Shown here: positions 16,817-31,430 of the stretch, piece by piece | Layout: each line of letters begins with the position of its first letter | Position numbering within the stretch: position 1 is the stretch's first letter | Program-made: the position numbers and the translations under genes | DNA from: the human T2T-CHM13v2.0 reference genome, Homo sapiens | Strand: one strand, 5' to 3' | Assembly (NCBI RefSeq): GCF_009914755.1 | Contig: NC_060944.1 | DNA length: 64,000 bases | The notes under the pieces: model-generated | Told to the model about the DNA's origin: nothing | The model's database searches: none | Seen by the model: only the letters and a program-made list of their open reading frames with translations

Positions 16817-18806
16817 ACAATGAGAACACATGGACACAGGAAGGGGAACATCACACTCTGGGGACTGTTGTGGGGTGGGGGGAGGGGGGAGGGATAGCTT
16901 TAGGAGATATACCTAATGCTAAATGACGAGTTAATGGGTTCAGCACACCAGCATGGCACATGTATACATATGTAATTAACCTGCACATTGTGCACATGTA
17001 CCCTAAAACTTAAAGTATAATAATAATAAAATAAAAAAAAACAAGATGTTGTTAAATATGTGAGGAACACATTTCCTTACAGTGGGAGGCAGATACCTCA
17101 GGGCTGGACACCATGTTTGAAGTTGGCTCTTGGTGGGGCCCTTTCCAGAGAGGTTTGAGCAAATATCCACTGACTAAACTTGATATGAAATCCATTGCCA
17201 AGCTTATTCAACGACATGCCATTCTGGATCAATTAGAGGGCTTCTTGTGAAGAAGCATTGGCACACTTCCTGAGTGCCTTGCAATAATCTAGCTCAAGAT
17301 TACCTAACACAATTCTTCTTCTCCCATGATTGGTCCCTGAAGAGGTAGCAGAGCTTTAACCATTAATATTTCACAGTGAAGGCTGTGAAGGCATTGTTTT
17401 GTACAGTGTGGCCCAAATACCATCAAGAGGCAAGGTATATACAAGTCCTTCTGCAGACAGTCATTGCATACATATTTACACGTGGGCATGGTTCTGCCCT
17501 TCCTAACAACATGCACAGAATCATTGAAATAGATTTATCTAGACCACATTTCACACATATAAAAATCTATCTAAATAGTTACAATAGGCCTCCAAATGGA
17601 AGTATAAGCTACTTTCTTTACCTGAACACCATAAAATGAAATCTCTTTTACAATATTGTAGAGTAATTCTGAAAGACTCTAAAGCATACTAATCGAGGCT
17701 AATTATTACTAAAATGCTGTCTTTCTTTCTGTATGTGTGTCGTGCCAGAGATTACATAAGCAAAGTAAGACAGCAAATATTTGGTGCAAAAGAGCAGCTA
17801 CTTGTGAAGGCCAACGCTAGTCTGCATGCAAGAGATGCCTGTCACTCTCTGAAGGTCTAAATTTGAGTCCTGATATTGGACAAGGGGAATATCTGTGAGC
17901 ACTACCAGTTGAACACAGGAGCATAGGTACATGAGATCAAGAGAAGGTCACCATCTAGCCTGGGTGAATAACTGAAGTTTTGGTACCTTATAATCAACAC
18001 TGTAGATGTTAAAAGAAGGATCATTAGAAATTTTAGCTACTCCAGAGGCAAGGGAATTGTTATTCTTTTTATAATTGTCTACATTATAAAATGCACTTAA
18101 GGTTAAGTGCATAATGAGAGTCAAAGCTCTTTTGAGATATGAAAAAACACAATTTCTCAAGGGTAAAATGTTGACTACCTGTACAAAGTATACAGAAAGC
18201 AAAGAAGTATTTGCTACGGCATATTGAGAACATAGTATATATCTTAAGTTTAACTTTCTTTTCTCTGATCTATCAATCTTTTCTCCTCTATTTAGTTCAA
18301 ATTTATTGTTTTCATTAGCTTCAATAGATCTTGATATGTACATATGTGTATATATACAATATATTTTTAAACAAACTAATGAAATTTTTGATTTATATTT
18401 TTGTTAAAATGTAAAACTAGGATTTATATTTAGTTTAAATATGAGACTAAATATTAGACTAAATTAGACTCAATATAAACGTTACACCACCCACTGAATG
18501 GATTTGTAGTTTGACGGTTCCTTTTAAGCACCTTCTTAAAAGGAAAAGATGAGAGTTCCATCTTTTTTCTTCTTTAAAATCATTCTGCCCCAGTCTTCAC
18601 TTATCATCACATGCACTTTACTCCACCAAACATCATTTCTCAAAATCAATCTATTTGAATAATCATTAAGCCCGTTTAGAGCTTTCCCAGTCTTAAAATT
18701 TGTCATCACACACAACGTGTGTGATGTCATGTGTGACTACACATCCCAAGGCCTTTCTCACTTTTTCTGGTTAATACAGAATGTCCCATAAAGAAAGAAT
18801 AAAAGG

Positions 18807-19105
<299 letters not shown>

Positions 19106-20348
19106 AAACAATAAAAGTTGTATATTTCTTTAAAATGAAAGATCAGTAACTTCAATGGCTATTATATTAACCACTTAGTAAAGGTACAACAAAAACTACA
19201 CATCCTTATGTTAACTAACTGAAATTATAATAAATTAGTTAAGCTACTTTTGTCACTTAATGTTTGCAAGGGTACTCAAGAAATCAAAATGGCTTCCCAT
19301 TGCTTGACATTTGCTTTCCAAATACTTCACATTTCAACCCTATATCCCTACAAAGAGAAATAATTCAACATACTTTCCTTACCTAAAAATACTACAGGAG
19401 GCTAAAAGGCATTTAGAATTTTTTAGACCTTGAAGAATAATGTTACACTTCCAACATGTATTTAACTTATAAATCAGTTTCTATTCTGTTGCATAGCTTC
19501 AGTCTAAGTACATCATAGTTATATTAACTCCGTATTGCTTCATCTTGTCAAGTCAGACAAAGATTCTGTTGCATCAAGGCTCTTATTCAAGATGTCTTCT
19601 TCGTTTGAATTAGGTAGAAGTTCTCCAAAACTACATGGTATTGTGGTCAATCTTTGTTCCACTGGAGGAAACTTAATTAGTGGTGAAAGAGACTTTTCTT
19701 TCACCAAGGGACATGTGTAAATGTGGTTTTGCATATTCAATGTGCACATCATGAGTGTCCAAATAGTTAAGCATATCATCTGTTTGCACATTTTGGGGAG
19801 TAGGGCTCAATTCTGGTTTGTGTCTTTCAAGTGTTTCAAGATTAGACAGGTAAAATTCTTCCCTTTTCTTGGAAAAAGATTTCTTCAGAGCCTCATATCT
19901 ACTGCAAACAGCCTATAGATTGAAGTCTGATTCTGGAGTAGTTTGTCCATCTACCATAATATCTCCTAGAAAAATGCCACTGTCCACAGGACTATTTGGC
20001 TCTAGTTTAAACTGGACTCTAAGCTACTGGAACTTTTAACACTTAGGGGACCACCTTCCTCCGGAAAAGTTTCATGCCAAATGTAAATATGCTAAAATCA
20101 ATATCCTTACAACTCTTAGAACTAATTCCGCTTGATATCTGAAAAGAGTTCCATAATGTAGTGTTATTCATGGAAGGTTTGTTACAGGAATCCTGTGAAT
20201 GGTCCAATATTTTCATATACTCCTCTTTACTGCTACCCAGCTCATCTATCCCATTGCTGATGGCAGGGGAGAATGTCTTCTTGGCTAGTTTCTGAAAGCT
20301 TGGTTGGTAAAGCTGTACATTCCAAATCTTGCTTGCAAATTATTATTA

Positions 20349-20622
20349 TTTTTTTTTTTTTTGAGACACAGTCTGGCTCTGTCACCCAGGCTGGAGTGCA
20401 GTGGCATGATCTTGGCTTACGGCAAGCTCCGCCTCCTGGGTTCATGCCATTCTCCTGCCTCAACAGGCGCCCACCACCATGCCCTACTAATTTTTTGTAT
20501 TTTTAGTAGAGACAGGGTTTGACCGTGTTAGCCAGGATGGTCTCTATCTCCTGACCTCGTGATCCGCCCGCCTCGGCCTCCCAGAGTGCTGGGATTACAG
20601 GCGTGAGCCACCTTGCTGGGCG
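20349..20622 (-). mobile_element. AluY with about 20-bp internal deletion
   Basis: Reverse Alu lacking the gcctcccgagtagctgggact segment; TSD gcaaattatt. Confidence 0.9.
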
Positions 20623-21585
20623 CAAATTATTTTCTTACTCAACAAATCAGACTGATTTTGTATTGGTGGTTCACCCATATGATTGATCACCATGTATTTC
20701 TGAGGCACACACTTGCAGTCTCATTTCAGTCAAATGAGACTGGCCGAAATCTCATACAGTGGTTTAAGAGAAAACCGACTATGCTAAATCCTCTTTGATT
20801 ACACAAATCAGGTAATGATCCCAGCAATACTTCTCTGTGCTCAGTATCCGTTTGAATTGGTTCTGTAGTTCTGTTTTCTTCCATTTCAATAGTTTTTCTC
20901 CATGAGCTCCTAATTTCCATTGTCAAGTTTTATGGGTATGGGAAATCTGGTTCCTTGTTCAGAAGAGGTTAGAACCTAGAGAGTCAATTAGTTCCCCTAA
21001 ATTTACTTATTTTCTCTCACAGAGCTGTGGTGAACCAAATAAAACTGCTCCAACAACCCCTTCTAGCAGATGATCTTGCTTTTTTTTGGAACTGACCACT
21101 TTTTTTTAGCTGGCAGAGACCCTCCAAATGCACTACTCTCTGTTCTTTGCGACATCTGATAATGGAGAATCTTCCACTTCAAAATCTGGTATTTTCTTAG
21201 AAATTGTTTTATTTTTCTCTTTGGGAGTTCTCATCTTCCTGTCCTTTTCAAGTGGTGTAGCATTGTTTCTATCTGATGATGAAGCTGACTGCAACAAGAA
21301 AGAGGCAGGGCTGTTGGCTAGATCATGTACAGCTCCCAAGGTATCATTGTCTCCTCTGCAACCATTTTCTTGGTGATGTTGCTCAGGTGTACCTAAGGCC
21401 AAAATCTGATACAGTGGTTTCTAACAGAAACCAGACAACGATAAATTCTCTTTGATTAAGCAACACAGGTAATGATTCTGGCAATATCAGTGAAGCAGGA
21501 TACTGAAAAAGAATACTCTTTGCGTGCACTTCTGAGGGAAGACCAAATGAAAGGGGAGACATAGGTGGTAAAAGATCCACAACTG

Positions 21586-21902
<317 letters not shown>

Positions 21903-24900
21903 TTAATTAGAGTGAAGGAAGACAGACCAAGAAATTCTTTCCACTTCCTATGCCATTCCCCTTGCTTTTCAACAATAGAATGTCTTATAGTTGTGAGATC
22001 TTTTTATTCTATAGCTTATATGCTTCAGATCTGATTATCTTTCCCTCTAAAATTTGGTATCTTTTTCCAGGTAGTGAAGGTCTATTGTCAATCGTGCTTG
22101 GTCAGCCTGACTTTCCTATTTCATTACTTTCAAGGCTTCATTATATAACAGAATAACTTAAGAGTTTCCATTTTCCAGACTCATAAACATTTCCTATGTG
22201 CAACTGACACATCTGTCTCTCAATTTTGTCAAGAGTCAACTAATAGCATTAGTTCCATCTAAAGCATATCGGTTAGACTAAGGACTGAACTAACAACTTC
22301 TCTTTTTCCAGAAACATGAGTGTTTCATTCACTGATGTTCACAAAGGCCCAACCTTTTGAGTTTTTTCTTCTATACTACTTTGGTCACCCATAGGGTTCC
22401 ATTTTTTTAAATTTGGTTTTGCAGTTCTATACATCTAGATCTCAAATTTCAGACATACTTAACTAATAATTGTACATTTTCCTGAGATTTTGGGGTAATA
22501 CAATCTGCTCTTTGCAAAATTTGTAAACATTTGTTACGTGCTAAATGGCATCTGGCATTGCGCTTGTGCAAACTTTGTGATTTCACATTAAATGTCTGCA
22601 AAACATAAAGAATTTTTAGAATTGGTTTTCATATATTTTATTACAACAAATCTCGCAAGATGTTACATCAGATGAGTAAACAGAACCGCTAGGAGAAATA
22701 AATAGTGAACAACAATTTGAGGAAAGCTTCCACATTCAGCAGAAATCCTTGTTAACCATTCACAGCAATGTTTCCTGAATATCGTATCACTTTCTTGGTC
22801 AAATGGTGGCCAACAAAATTTAAAAACTTCTTTGGTGAGAGACTGGTCCAGCATTTGAAACAAAAAATAAGAAACTATATGAAAGCCATCACGGTTCAGC
22901 TTATCAAACATGTTCACTCCAAGGTGCTTATTTGACACCCTTTGCAGGCCATGGTCAAACCCGGGCCTGGCTCAAAGCTGAGCACCTGCCGATACATTCA
23001 GAGATGCTTGTTCTGGAAAGAGGTGATCCAGGCCAAGGTCATCCTCATGATAGGCACGGTGACTGCAAAGAAAAAAAGCACAAGCCCTAGCGACTCTTGG
23101 GTCCTCAGGATCCCTCCCTATGGGCAGCCTGAGGTCTCAGAGGTCCCTTCTTTGCCACTGCCTGCATCTCTCTCGCTGGAGCCATTTCACCTCAAAGGGC
23201 TGTACAGTCTCCAGAAAATGGAGCCTGTCATGGGAATGTGGCCGCAGCTGCCTACTCGAAGCCTACAATATGTTCTTAACTAAACAGTAATTAAAGGACA
23301 ATGTAATTTAAGCTTAAAAGTTCTAATGTTTAAAACATAAGCACCTTGTCAAGCACATTTTTGGACAATGTATATAATCCGTTGGTATAAACTACCTTCA
23401 TTTGGGTAATCTGAAGAACAAATTAATTTATATCCATGAGAATAAATAGATTTTTTTTTAAAATGAAGATAATATGGTAACGATAGACTTCACTTTCTGC
23501 ATCTCTCCAAATTTTATTTAAAAGTGTCAAGATAAATAAAGATTTACAAGTGCCATAATATTAAATTGTTCTAAAGCTCCTAAATGATGGATTTTAGAAA
23601 ACATAAGTTAATTTTAAAGGATAATGAAATCACAGCTTATAACAACAATTTTACAGGGAAACAAGAACATTATAAAACTAGGCCCAGCTGGTTTAACTGA
23701 TGAATAAACTCTACATAAATAGAATACTGTCTGAAGTTTATAAGAACCAAATTTATATGCACTACATGTTTAAATTGTGGCTCAATTTAATTGAAGACCT
23801 ATGTTTTTATTTATATATTTAAATATTATAATTAATAAAAACATCTGATTTACAAATTAAGTGTAAGGAATGTAGGTATTTAACTGTTTTGTAAAATAAT
23901 AAATAGATTAAAAGTCTTAAATAGACTAAAAATCTCATGTTTGTATTTTTATTTCCCACTGAGGCAAATTCAGAGAGAACAAATATAGACTTCTTTTAAC
24001 CCAAACTTTATCAAAAAATAAAAATGTTTCCCCTGCTTGGGAGTATTAATGGGAACTGGATATAACTATAAAATCTCTCCCTCAACTAAATAATATTAAA
24101 AGCTTTGTGGAAGGATTTTATAATCCTTTTTATGATTACTCATTAAGCCTAAAGTTAATTTGCATATCTTTTATTCCCCATATTGTACGTGGAAGGAACA
24201 TTAAGGTCATTTAACTAAAATTAGATTTTGCCTTTTCTCATCCAAAAACATTTTTAAGTGAAAGTATTTATATCAGAAAACAAGAACACCATTAAAATTA
24301 TTTTTAAGATCTTTGTGATTTTGACAGAGTTCTTTATACATTTTTTATTTATATATTTTATGTTATTCCTGAGTATAATATTCCTTTTGACCAAAAGGTT
24401 TTAAACAATTCAGTACTTCAATTTCTTCATTTGCAAATAATCTTTTCAAGTACAAACCTATTATAAGATTCAGTCCTCCAAAGATGTATTTCTTTAATTT
24501 TCTTAATGTATTTGCACACCTTACAAGGTTTAATTGATGGCTCAACTCCTCAAGCACTTGCCACTTTCTCCCAGGCTGGAGTTTTTTTATTGAAGTGTTA
24601 ACAAATTTAAGGCACTTGGAATTTGGGTTTGATTTAAAATTGTTTTCCCTGAAAGTTAATAAAACCTTTACACCCTTTCCAATAACCTCCATAGACAGGC
24701 TCACCTATCTAATGTAGAGATACCTTTTAAAGGAAACCTCTTTCTCTCCTCAGTCATATCACATCCACACCAACATTCAAGGGTCACACGGCTTCTGCAA
24801 CTGTCAGCTATTTAGGCAGCATCAGAAAGCATCAGAAAAATGGACATGTTGGTAGGATTAGAGAAACCTCTTGGATTCTCACTCCCTGTTTCTCAATTTG

Positions 24901-24933
24901 CATGGGCTCACACATAGGAAAAAGTCTCACAAT

Positions 24934-25172
24934 TGTGCCCACCCTGCCCCACCCCCTACCCCCCTACACCTCCCGGGCCCAGGAACTGAATCAGCACAAG
25001 AAGACATCTTCCACTCCCTGTGATTTCATCTCTGACCTGACGACCAATCAGCACTCCTGACTCACTGGTTTCCCCCCACCCACCAAGTTGTCCTTAAAAA
25101 TTCTGATCCCCAAATGCTGGGGAGACTGATTTGAGTAATAAAAAAAATCTGGTCTCCCACAAAAAAAAAAAA
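24934..25172 (+). mobile_element. LTR8-like (ERV1) fragment ending in poly(A), flanked by L1-type TSD
   Basis: ccaggaactga...accaatcagcactcctgactcactgg...gagactgatttgagtaataaaa...ggtctcccac then A-run; 15-bp TSD aaaaagtctcacaat at 24919-24933 and 25173-25187. Confidence 0.8.
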
Positions 25173-25343
25173 AAAAAGTCTCACAATCAAAAAACAGAAG
25201 AAACTATAGATTTTTGGTCCATCTGTAAATTGCATAGCAACCCCTTAACTTCCAAAGAAAAGGATGAAAAATGAAATTCTATTAAGAAAAGAAAACACTT
25301 ACCCAGCTGCTTTGAGCATCCTGTGAATTAAAACTTGAACTCG

Positions 25344-25783
<440 letters not shown>

Positions 25784-25827
25784 TCATTTGCCCAGAAGCA
25801 GATTAAATCTACACTAATTAACAATGA

Positions 25828-27650
25828 GAGGAGGTGGAGCAATATGGGTGAATAGAACCCTCCAACAATTGTTCCCCCCACAACCCAGCCCACTCACAGG
25901 AACACCAAATTGAACAACTAACCATGCAAGAAACTACTTTCATAAGAACCAAAAATCAAGTGAGTGATCACAGTACCTGGTTTTAACATCATATCAAGGA
26001 AAGAGGCACTGAAGAGGGTAGGAAAAACAGCCTTGAATTACTGACACCACTCCTCTCCCATCCCTTGGTAGCAGCTGCATGGTGCAGAGAGTGTGCTTGG
26101 GGGAAAGGGGGTGCAGTGATTGTGGGACTTTGCATTGGAACTCAGTGCAGCAGAAAGCGACATGAAGTGGGATTCAGATGGCACCCATGGAGGGAGCATT
26201 TGGACCACCCCTAGCCAGAGGCAAATCACCCATCCCAACAGTCAGAACCTGAGTTCCACCTAGCCCCACCACCACAGGCTAAAGCACTCTGGTGTCCTAA
26301 ATAAGCTTGAAAGGCAGTCTAGACCACAAGGACTGCAATTCCTGGCTAGGTCCTGGTGCTGTGCTGGGCTCAGAGCCAGTGGACTTGGGAGGCATGCGAC
26401 CTAGGGAGACACCAGCTGAGGTAGCCAAGGGAGTGCTCACATCACTCTTCCAACCCCAGGCAGTGCAGCTCTGAGAGAGACTTCTTTCTGCATGAGGCAA
26501 GAAGAGGGGAGAGTAAAGGGGACTTTGTCTTGTAACTTGGATACAAGCTCAACCACATTAGAACAGAGCACCAAGCAAAGTTCCCAGGCCCCCATTCTAG
26601 GACCTAGCTCCTGGACGACATTTCTAAACACACTTTGGGCCAGAAGAGAATCCACTGCCTTAAAGGGAAAGTCCTGACAAGTCTTTGTCAGTCCTGACAA
26701 GATTAATTACCTGCCAAATAAAGAGCCCTTGGGCCTTGAATAAACATCACGGGTACCCAGGCAGTACTCGCCGCAGGCCTTGCATGAGACCCAGGGCTGT
26801 ACTGGCTTCAGGTATGACCCAGCATATTCCAGCCATGGTGGCCATGGGGAGGGACTCCTTCTGCTTGAGGGAAAAGAGAGGGAAGAGTAAAGGGGACTTT
26901 GTCTTTCAGCTTGGGCACCAGCTCAGCCACAGTGGGGTGGAGTACCAAGCGGGCTCCTGGGGCCCCTGATTCCAGGCCTTGGATTCTGGGCAGCATTTCT
27001 AGTCCCACCTTGGGCCAGAGGGAAGCTCACTGCCCTGAAGGGAGAGATCCAGGCCTGGCAGCATTCACCACAAGCTGACTGAAGAGCACTTGCGCTTTGC
27101 GTGAACATCAGCAGTAGCCAGGCACTACTTGCCATGGCCCTGGGACAGTGTTGGCCATGGGAAGACCCTCCTTCTGCGTGAGGAAAGGAGGGAAGAGTGG
27201 GAAGGAGTTTGTCTTGTGGCTTGGGTGCCAGCTCAGCTGCAGTAGAGCACAGCACCAAGAAGATTCCCAACTCCATGCCCTGGTTCCCAAGTGGCATTTC
27301 TGAACCTGCCCTGGGGCAGAGGGGAGCTCACTGCCCTGAAGGAAAGGACACAAGCCTGGCTGGATTTGCCATTTGCTGACAGAAAAGCCCTTGGGCCTTA
27401 AGTAAACGTCAGCAGTAGCAAGGCCATGGGCACCACAGGCCTTGAGTGAGACCCAGTGCTGTGCCGGCTTCACGTCTGACCCAGCATAGTCCCAGTAGTG
27501 GTAATCACAGGAGTGTCTGTGTCACCCCTTCCCCAGCTCCAGGCAGTTCACCACAGAGAGAGAGACTCTGTTTCGTTGGGGGATAGTAAGGGAAGAGAAC
27601 AAGAGGCTCTGCCTGGTATTCCAAGGAATTCTTCTAGCTCTTATCCAAGT
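25828..27650 (+). mobile_element. L1M1/L1M2-type (L1MA) 5' UTR with about three tandem 300-370 bp monomers
   Basis: Starts gaggaggtggagcaatatgg...aatagaa; recurring aagggactttgtcttg...ctgccctgaagg...gcccttgggcctt units near 26510, 26880 and 27190. Confidence 0.75.
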
Positions 27651-28320
27651 GAAAGTTAGTATGAAAAGGCTACATAATTATATGTGATTTGGAAAAGGCA
27701 AAGGCTATAGAGCAGTAAAAAGACCAGGGGTTTCCAGGAACTTGGGGGGAGGAAGGAGGGTGAGATGAAGGAAATTTAGGGGATGGTAAAACCATATTGT
27801 ATGACACTGTCATGGTGAATACATGACATTATGCATTATGAAAACCCATAGAACTTTATAGCCCAAAGTATGCAAAGTAGTTATGCACATTTTAAAAACT
27901 GTTTAGGAGGTCAGGGAGTCCCAGGATAGAAGGCAGACCATGACAAAAGACTCTTACTGGGTTACAAATGTGAGAAGTAATCACACTGAAAGGAGTTGGG
28001 AGGGTAAGAGCTGACCTGACTAACTTGGGAAATGAACAGGGTCTCTAAGACTAAAGGCAAAAAGGACTGCACATAAGCATCATATACTAGTTAGTAAAGT
28101 TACTTTCCCTGGGGATGTGAGTTAACATACACATGTATATTTCTTTGTCCTGTCAGCTTAGAGAGTCTAGAAGCAATGACACCCCTGTAGCAATAGGAAT
28201 ATCTAGTGTCCAGAACTTGGTTTCTAATAGCATTCTCTAGTAAAAGAAACAGGCTTCCTTGGAGAAATGACTGACTCTAGCACTTGGGCAAGAAATATAC
28301 AAGATGAGCCTGAAGAAGAA
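27650..28320 (+). mobile_element. L1MC-type 3' UTR fragment
   Basis: aaaaggctacata...ggaaaaggcaaag...tgtatgacactgtcatggtgaatacatgacattatgcatt. Confidence 0.6.
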
Positions 28321-28519
28321 TTTTAATCTAAGGGAACATGTGGCACCATGACAAAGCTGTGTGTTAGGCACTGAGGAAGGAGCTGAGGTATGAATGAAAC
28401 CCTTTCCCTGAAGGCAATGGGAATTCATTCATGAAGAAGGGAGATAGACCTGTTTAAAGAGAGTAGCCATGTTTCTGTTCCGCAAACTCACTGAGGTCAT
28501 TTCCACCTCATGGTCTTGG

Positions 28520-28830
28520 TTCTTGAGATTTTCACTCCCTGAAAGTCACTTTTTCTGGATTTTCCTGTGGACAGGAACTGTGAGATCTTCTACCAAGAAC
28601 CAACACCAACTCGTCAACCATGAGGAAGAGAACCTGCAGCTCTAGTTGAGCCTTCAGAGGACTAACATCTAACTGCAACCTCATAAGAGACCCACAGCCG
28701 AAAGTACCCTGCCAAGCCACTCCTGAATTCCAGACTCACAGAAACTGTTAGAGATAATGGATTTATATTATCATTTTAAGCCACTAAGATATTGGGGTTG
28801 ATTATAATACAGCAATAGATAATTAAATGT
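28520..28830 (+). mobile_element. MLT1 (MaLR) LTR fragment
   Basis: ...cacagaaactgttagagataat...ttttaagccactaag...cagcaatagataat end motif. Confidence 0.75.
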
Positions 28831-29429
28831 TTGTCATGCCCCAGGTATCAGCAGCCTCAGCATGGTAAGACTAAAGGAGGAGGTGCTCCCTGGCTGTTCA
28901 CTCCCATAACTTTGATAGAGGAATTGGGCTATGGGGGAGTAATCTTTAGCATCTGCACACAAGACAGAGGTGGACTCAACATCAATACCCTTTTGCTTAG
29001 GAACTTATGCTTGGGAACTCATCTTTGCCTTCATAATCTAACAAACAAAACAATAGTATCTTTGGTCATATATTGAGCCTTTAATGTGATGAATCCTCAC
29101 AATAAGGTAGATATTTTTATCTTTCTTTTCCAGAATGGTGGCTCATCCAAGAAAAAAAATTGACACAATGTTATACAATGGTTAAATGACAGCTACTCTT
29201 GACTCTTCAGAGGCCAGACCAGGACAATAAGCAGAGAAGGGAATTATGTCTAGAGGGGAAAGGAATCCAATAGAGAGCAAGAAGTTGAAAATACAAGGGG
29301 ATGAGAAGTGATTAATGGAACAAAGACCCAGAGGAAGCAACAGATAATGGTGTCAAGAGGCTCAGGGGAAATATTGCCTTGGACAAAGAGAGGATAGTCT
29401 CTTTTAAAGAAGATGAGTGTTTTGCAGAA

Positions 29430-29510
29430 AGTATATCATAATGGTTAAGACCAAAAACTCTGATGTCAGACAGACTTGGATCTGAATGCTGGCTCTGTCA
29501 CTTATTAATG
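29430..29510. mobile_element. MIR fragment
   Basis: tggttaaga...tcagacagacttggatctgaatgctggctctgtcactta. Confidence 0.6.
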
Positions 29511-30078
29511 AAGGGGCAGTTGTGGTCATTCACCTGTTTAGATGCCCAAAATCTGCACTGACTTATCGTCAGGTAATTCCTTGTCATATGAGACAAAGTG
29601 AAAGAGCACATCTTCTCTGAAGACAGGAAGGCCACAATTTTGCTTCTAGGGTAAAGGCATGTGACCCCCAGTTTATTCTGCTCAAGATCCTAACTCCAGG
29701 ATTAAGTCACCCACCATGGCCCATGTGTCCTCACCAATGGTTATGGAGTTATGATCCTGTGGTTGGCAGCCTCACCAAGAGGCAGTTCCCCACAGGGTCA
29801 TGAAGTACAGACAAAAGCAGTTTATTTCTACTACATCCTCTTTCAAGAGAAACTAATAGAAGAATCAGATGAAAATTTAAATTTTTAACATAACACAGAC
29901 TTTCCAGGAAATAGAAATAAAGCATAAAAAAGCACATAACTTAAAGCATTTTGGTCAGTTTAAAATTGTATTAAAAGAAATAAAGGATGGTCCAGAAGTA
30001 ACAAATTGGTGGTCTAAAAGATGAAATGGAAGAGATATTTCACAATGGAAAACAAAATACAATGAAATGAAAATTGTT

Positions 30079-30545
30079 TATTTGCGGCATTATTCACAAT
30101 AGCAAAGACTTGGAACCAACCCAAATGTCCAACAATGATAGACTGGATTAAGAAAATGTGGCACATATACACCATGGAATACTATGCAGCCATAAAAAAT
30201 GATGAGTTTATGTCCTTTGTAGGGACACGGATGAAATTGGAAATCATCATTCTCAGTAAACTATCGCAAGAACAAAAAACCAAACACCACATATTCTCAC
30301 TCATAGGTGGGAATTGAACAATGAGATCACATGGACACAGGAAGGGGAACACTCTGAGGACTGTGGTGGGGTGGGGGGAGGGGGGAGGGATAGCATTGGG
30401 AGCTATACCTAATGCTAGATGACGAGTTGGTGGGTGCAGCGCACCAGCATGGCACATGTATACATATGTAACTAACCTGCACAATGTGCACATGTACCCT
30501 AAAACTTAAAGTATAATTTAAAAAAAAAATTGAAAAAAAAAAAAA
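30079..30545 (+). mobile_element. 5'-truncated young L1 (L1PA2/3), about 470 bp
   Basis: ORF2 C-terminus ...IFSLIGGN*, 3' UTR gcattgggag...gctagatgacgag, TSD gaaaattgtt at 30069-30078 and 30546-30555. Confidence 0.92.
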
Positions 30546-30649
30546 GAAAATTGTTAGCTGGGGTAATGCTTCCTGCACATTCCTCATGCTTTCATGAAAA
30601 AACCTGCTACACTCTCAAAGAGGGAAAAGTATTTTAAAGAACACTTTCA

Positions 30650-31430
30650 TGCCACCTCTATAAATAATAAGCTCAAGAATTAGAAAGAAAAAAGTAGAAG
30701 TTACAATTAGAAACATAATAGAAGCAAATTTCTCAGAACTGAAGGAAAACATGAGTTTTTAGATTGAGAGGATTCACCAAGTCCCAGGGATATCCATGAG
30801 AAAAAGCACATTATCTAGAAACAAATTTTTTTTTTAATTATATTTCCAGGATAAAAAGGCAGTGTCAGAAGCTTCTAGGCAAAAGATACAAGATACCAAC
30901 AAAGGAAAGAGAATCAAACTAACATCAGACTTTTCATCTGCAATTCTGGAAGAAACACAGTACAGTGGCCAACCACAATGGCTCATGCCTGTAATTCCAA
31001 CACTTTAGGAGGTCAAGGCAGGAGGATTGCTTGAGGCCAGGAGTTCAAGACCAGCCTTGGCAACATAGAATTGTATGCACCATAAAATAAAGCAACAAAA
31101 TAAGTATGTAATGTAAAAACTACTAAAAATATAAGAACTTGTTTAAATGCTTAATCACATGGGGATTTTAATATAGTTCTCTGAGTATTTTACCCTTCAA
31201 GTAAATAGAAAATAAGTAAGAATATTTACATTGATTAAGGGAGTGAAAAGCTTAATTTAATAGAGGACGTTGTCCCATATCATATGAAAGAACCAAGTTC
31301 TTTGGCAAAAAGAAATCATTACTAAATTCCCAAAACCAAAGATTATCAGTCTCTTGTTTCTGACCATAGTCCATTAAGGCCAGAAGTCAATCACAAACAA
31401 AAGTGACCAAAGGAAATAAACCACCTGGAA
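30650..31430 (+). mobile_element. Ancient HAL1/L1M ORF1-like fragments, with an Alu left-arm fragment at about 30967-31068
   Basis: aatttctcagaactgaagg...aatcaaactaacatcagacttttcatctgcaa resembles L1 ORF1 RRM-coding sequence. Confidence 0.5.

Noticed and set aside
24363-24704. 113-aa minus-strand ORF in AT-rich DNA
   Set aside because: No recognisable homology; non-ATG start; likely chance or decayed repeat
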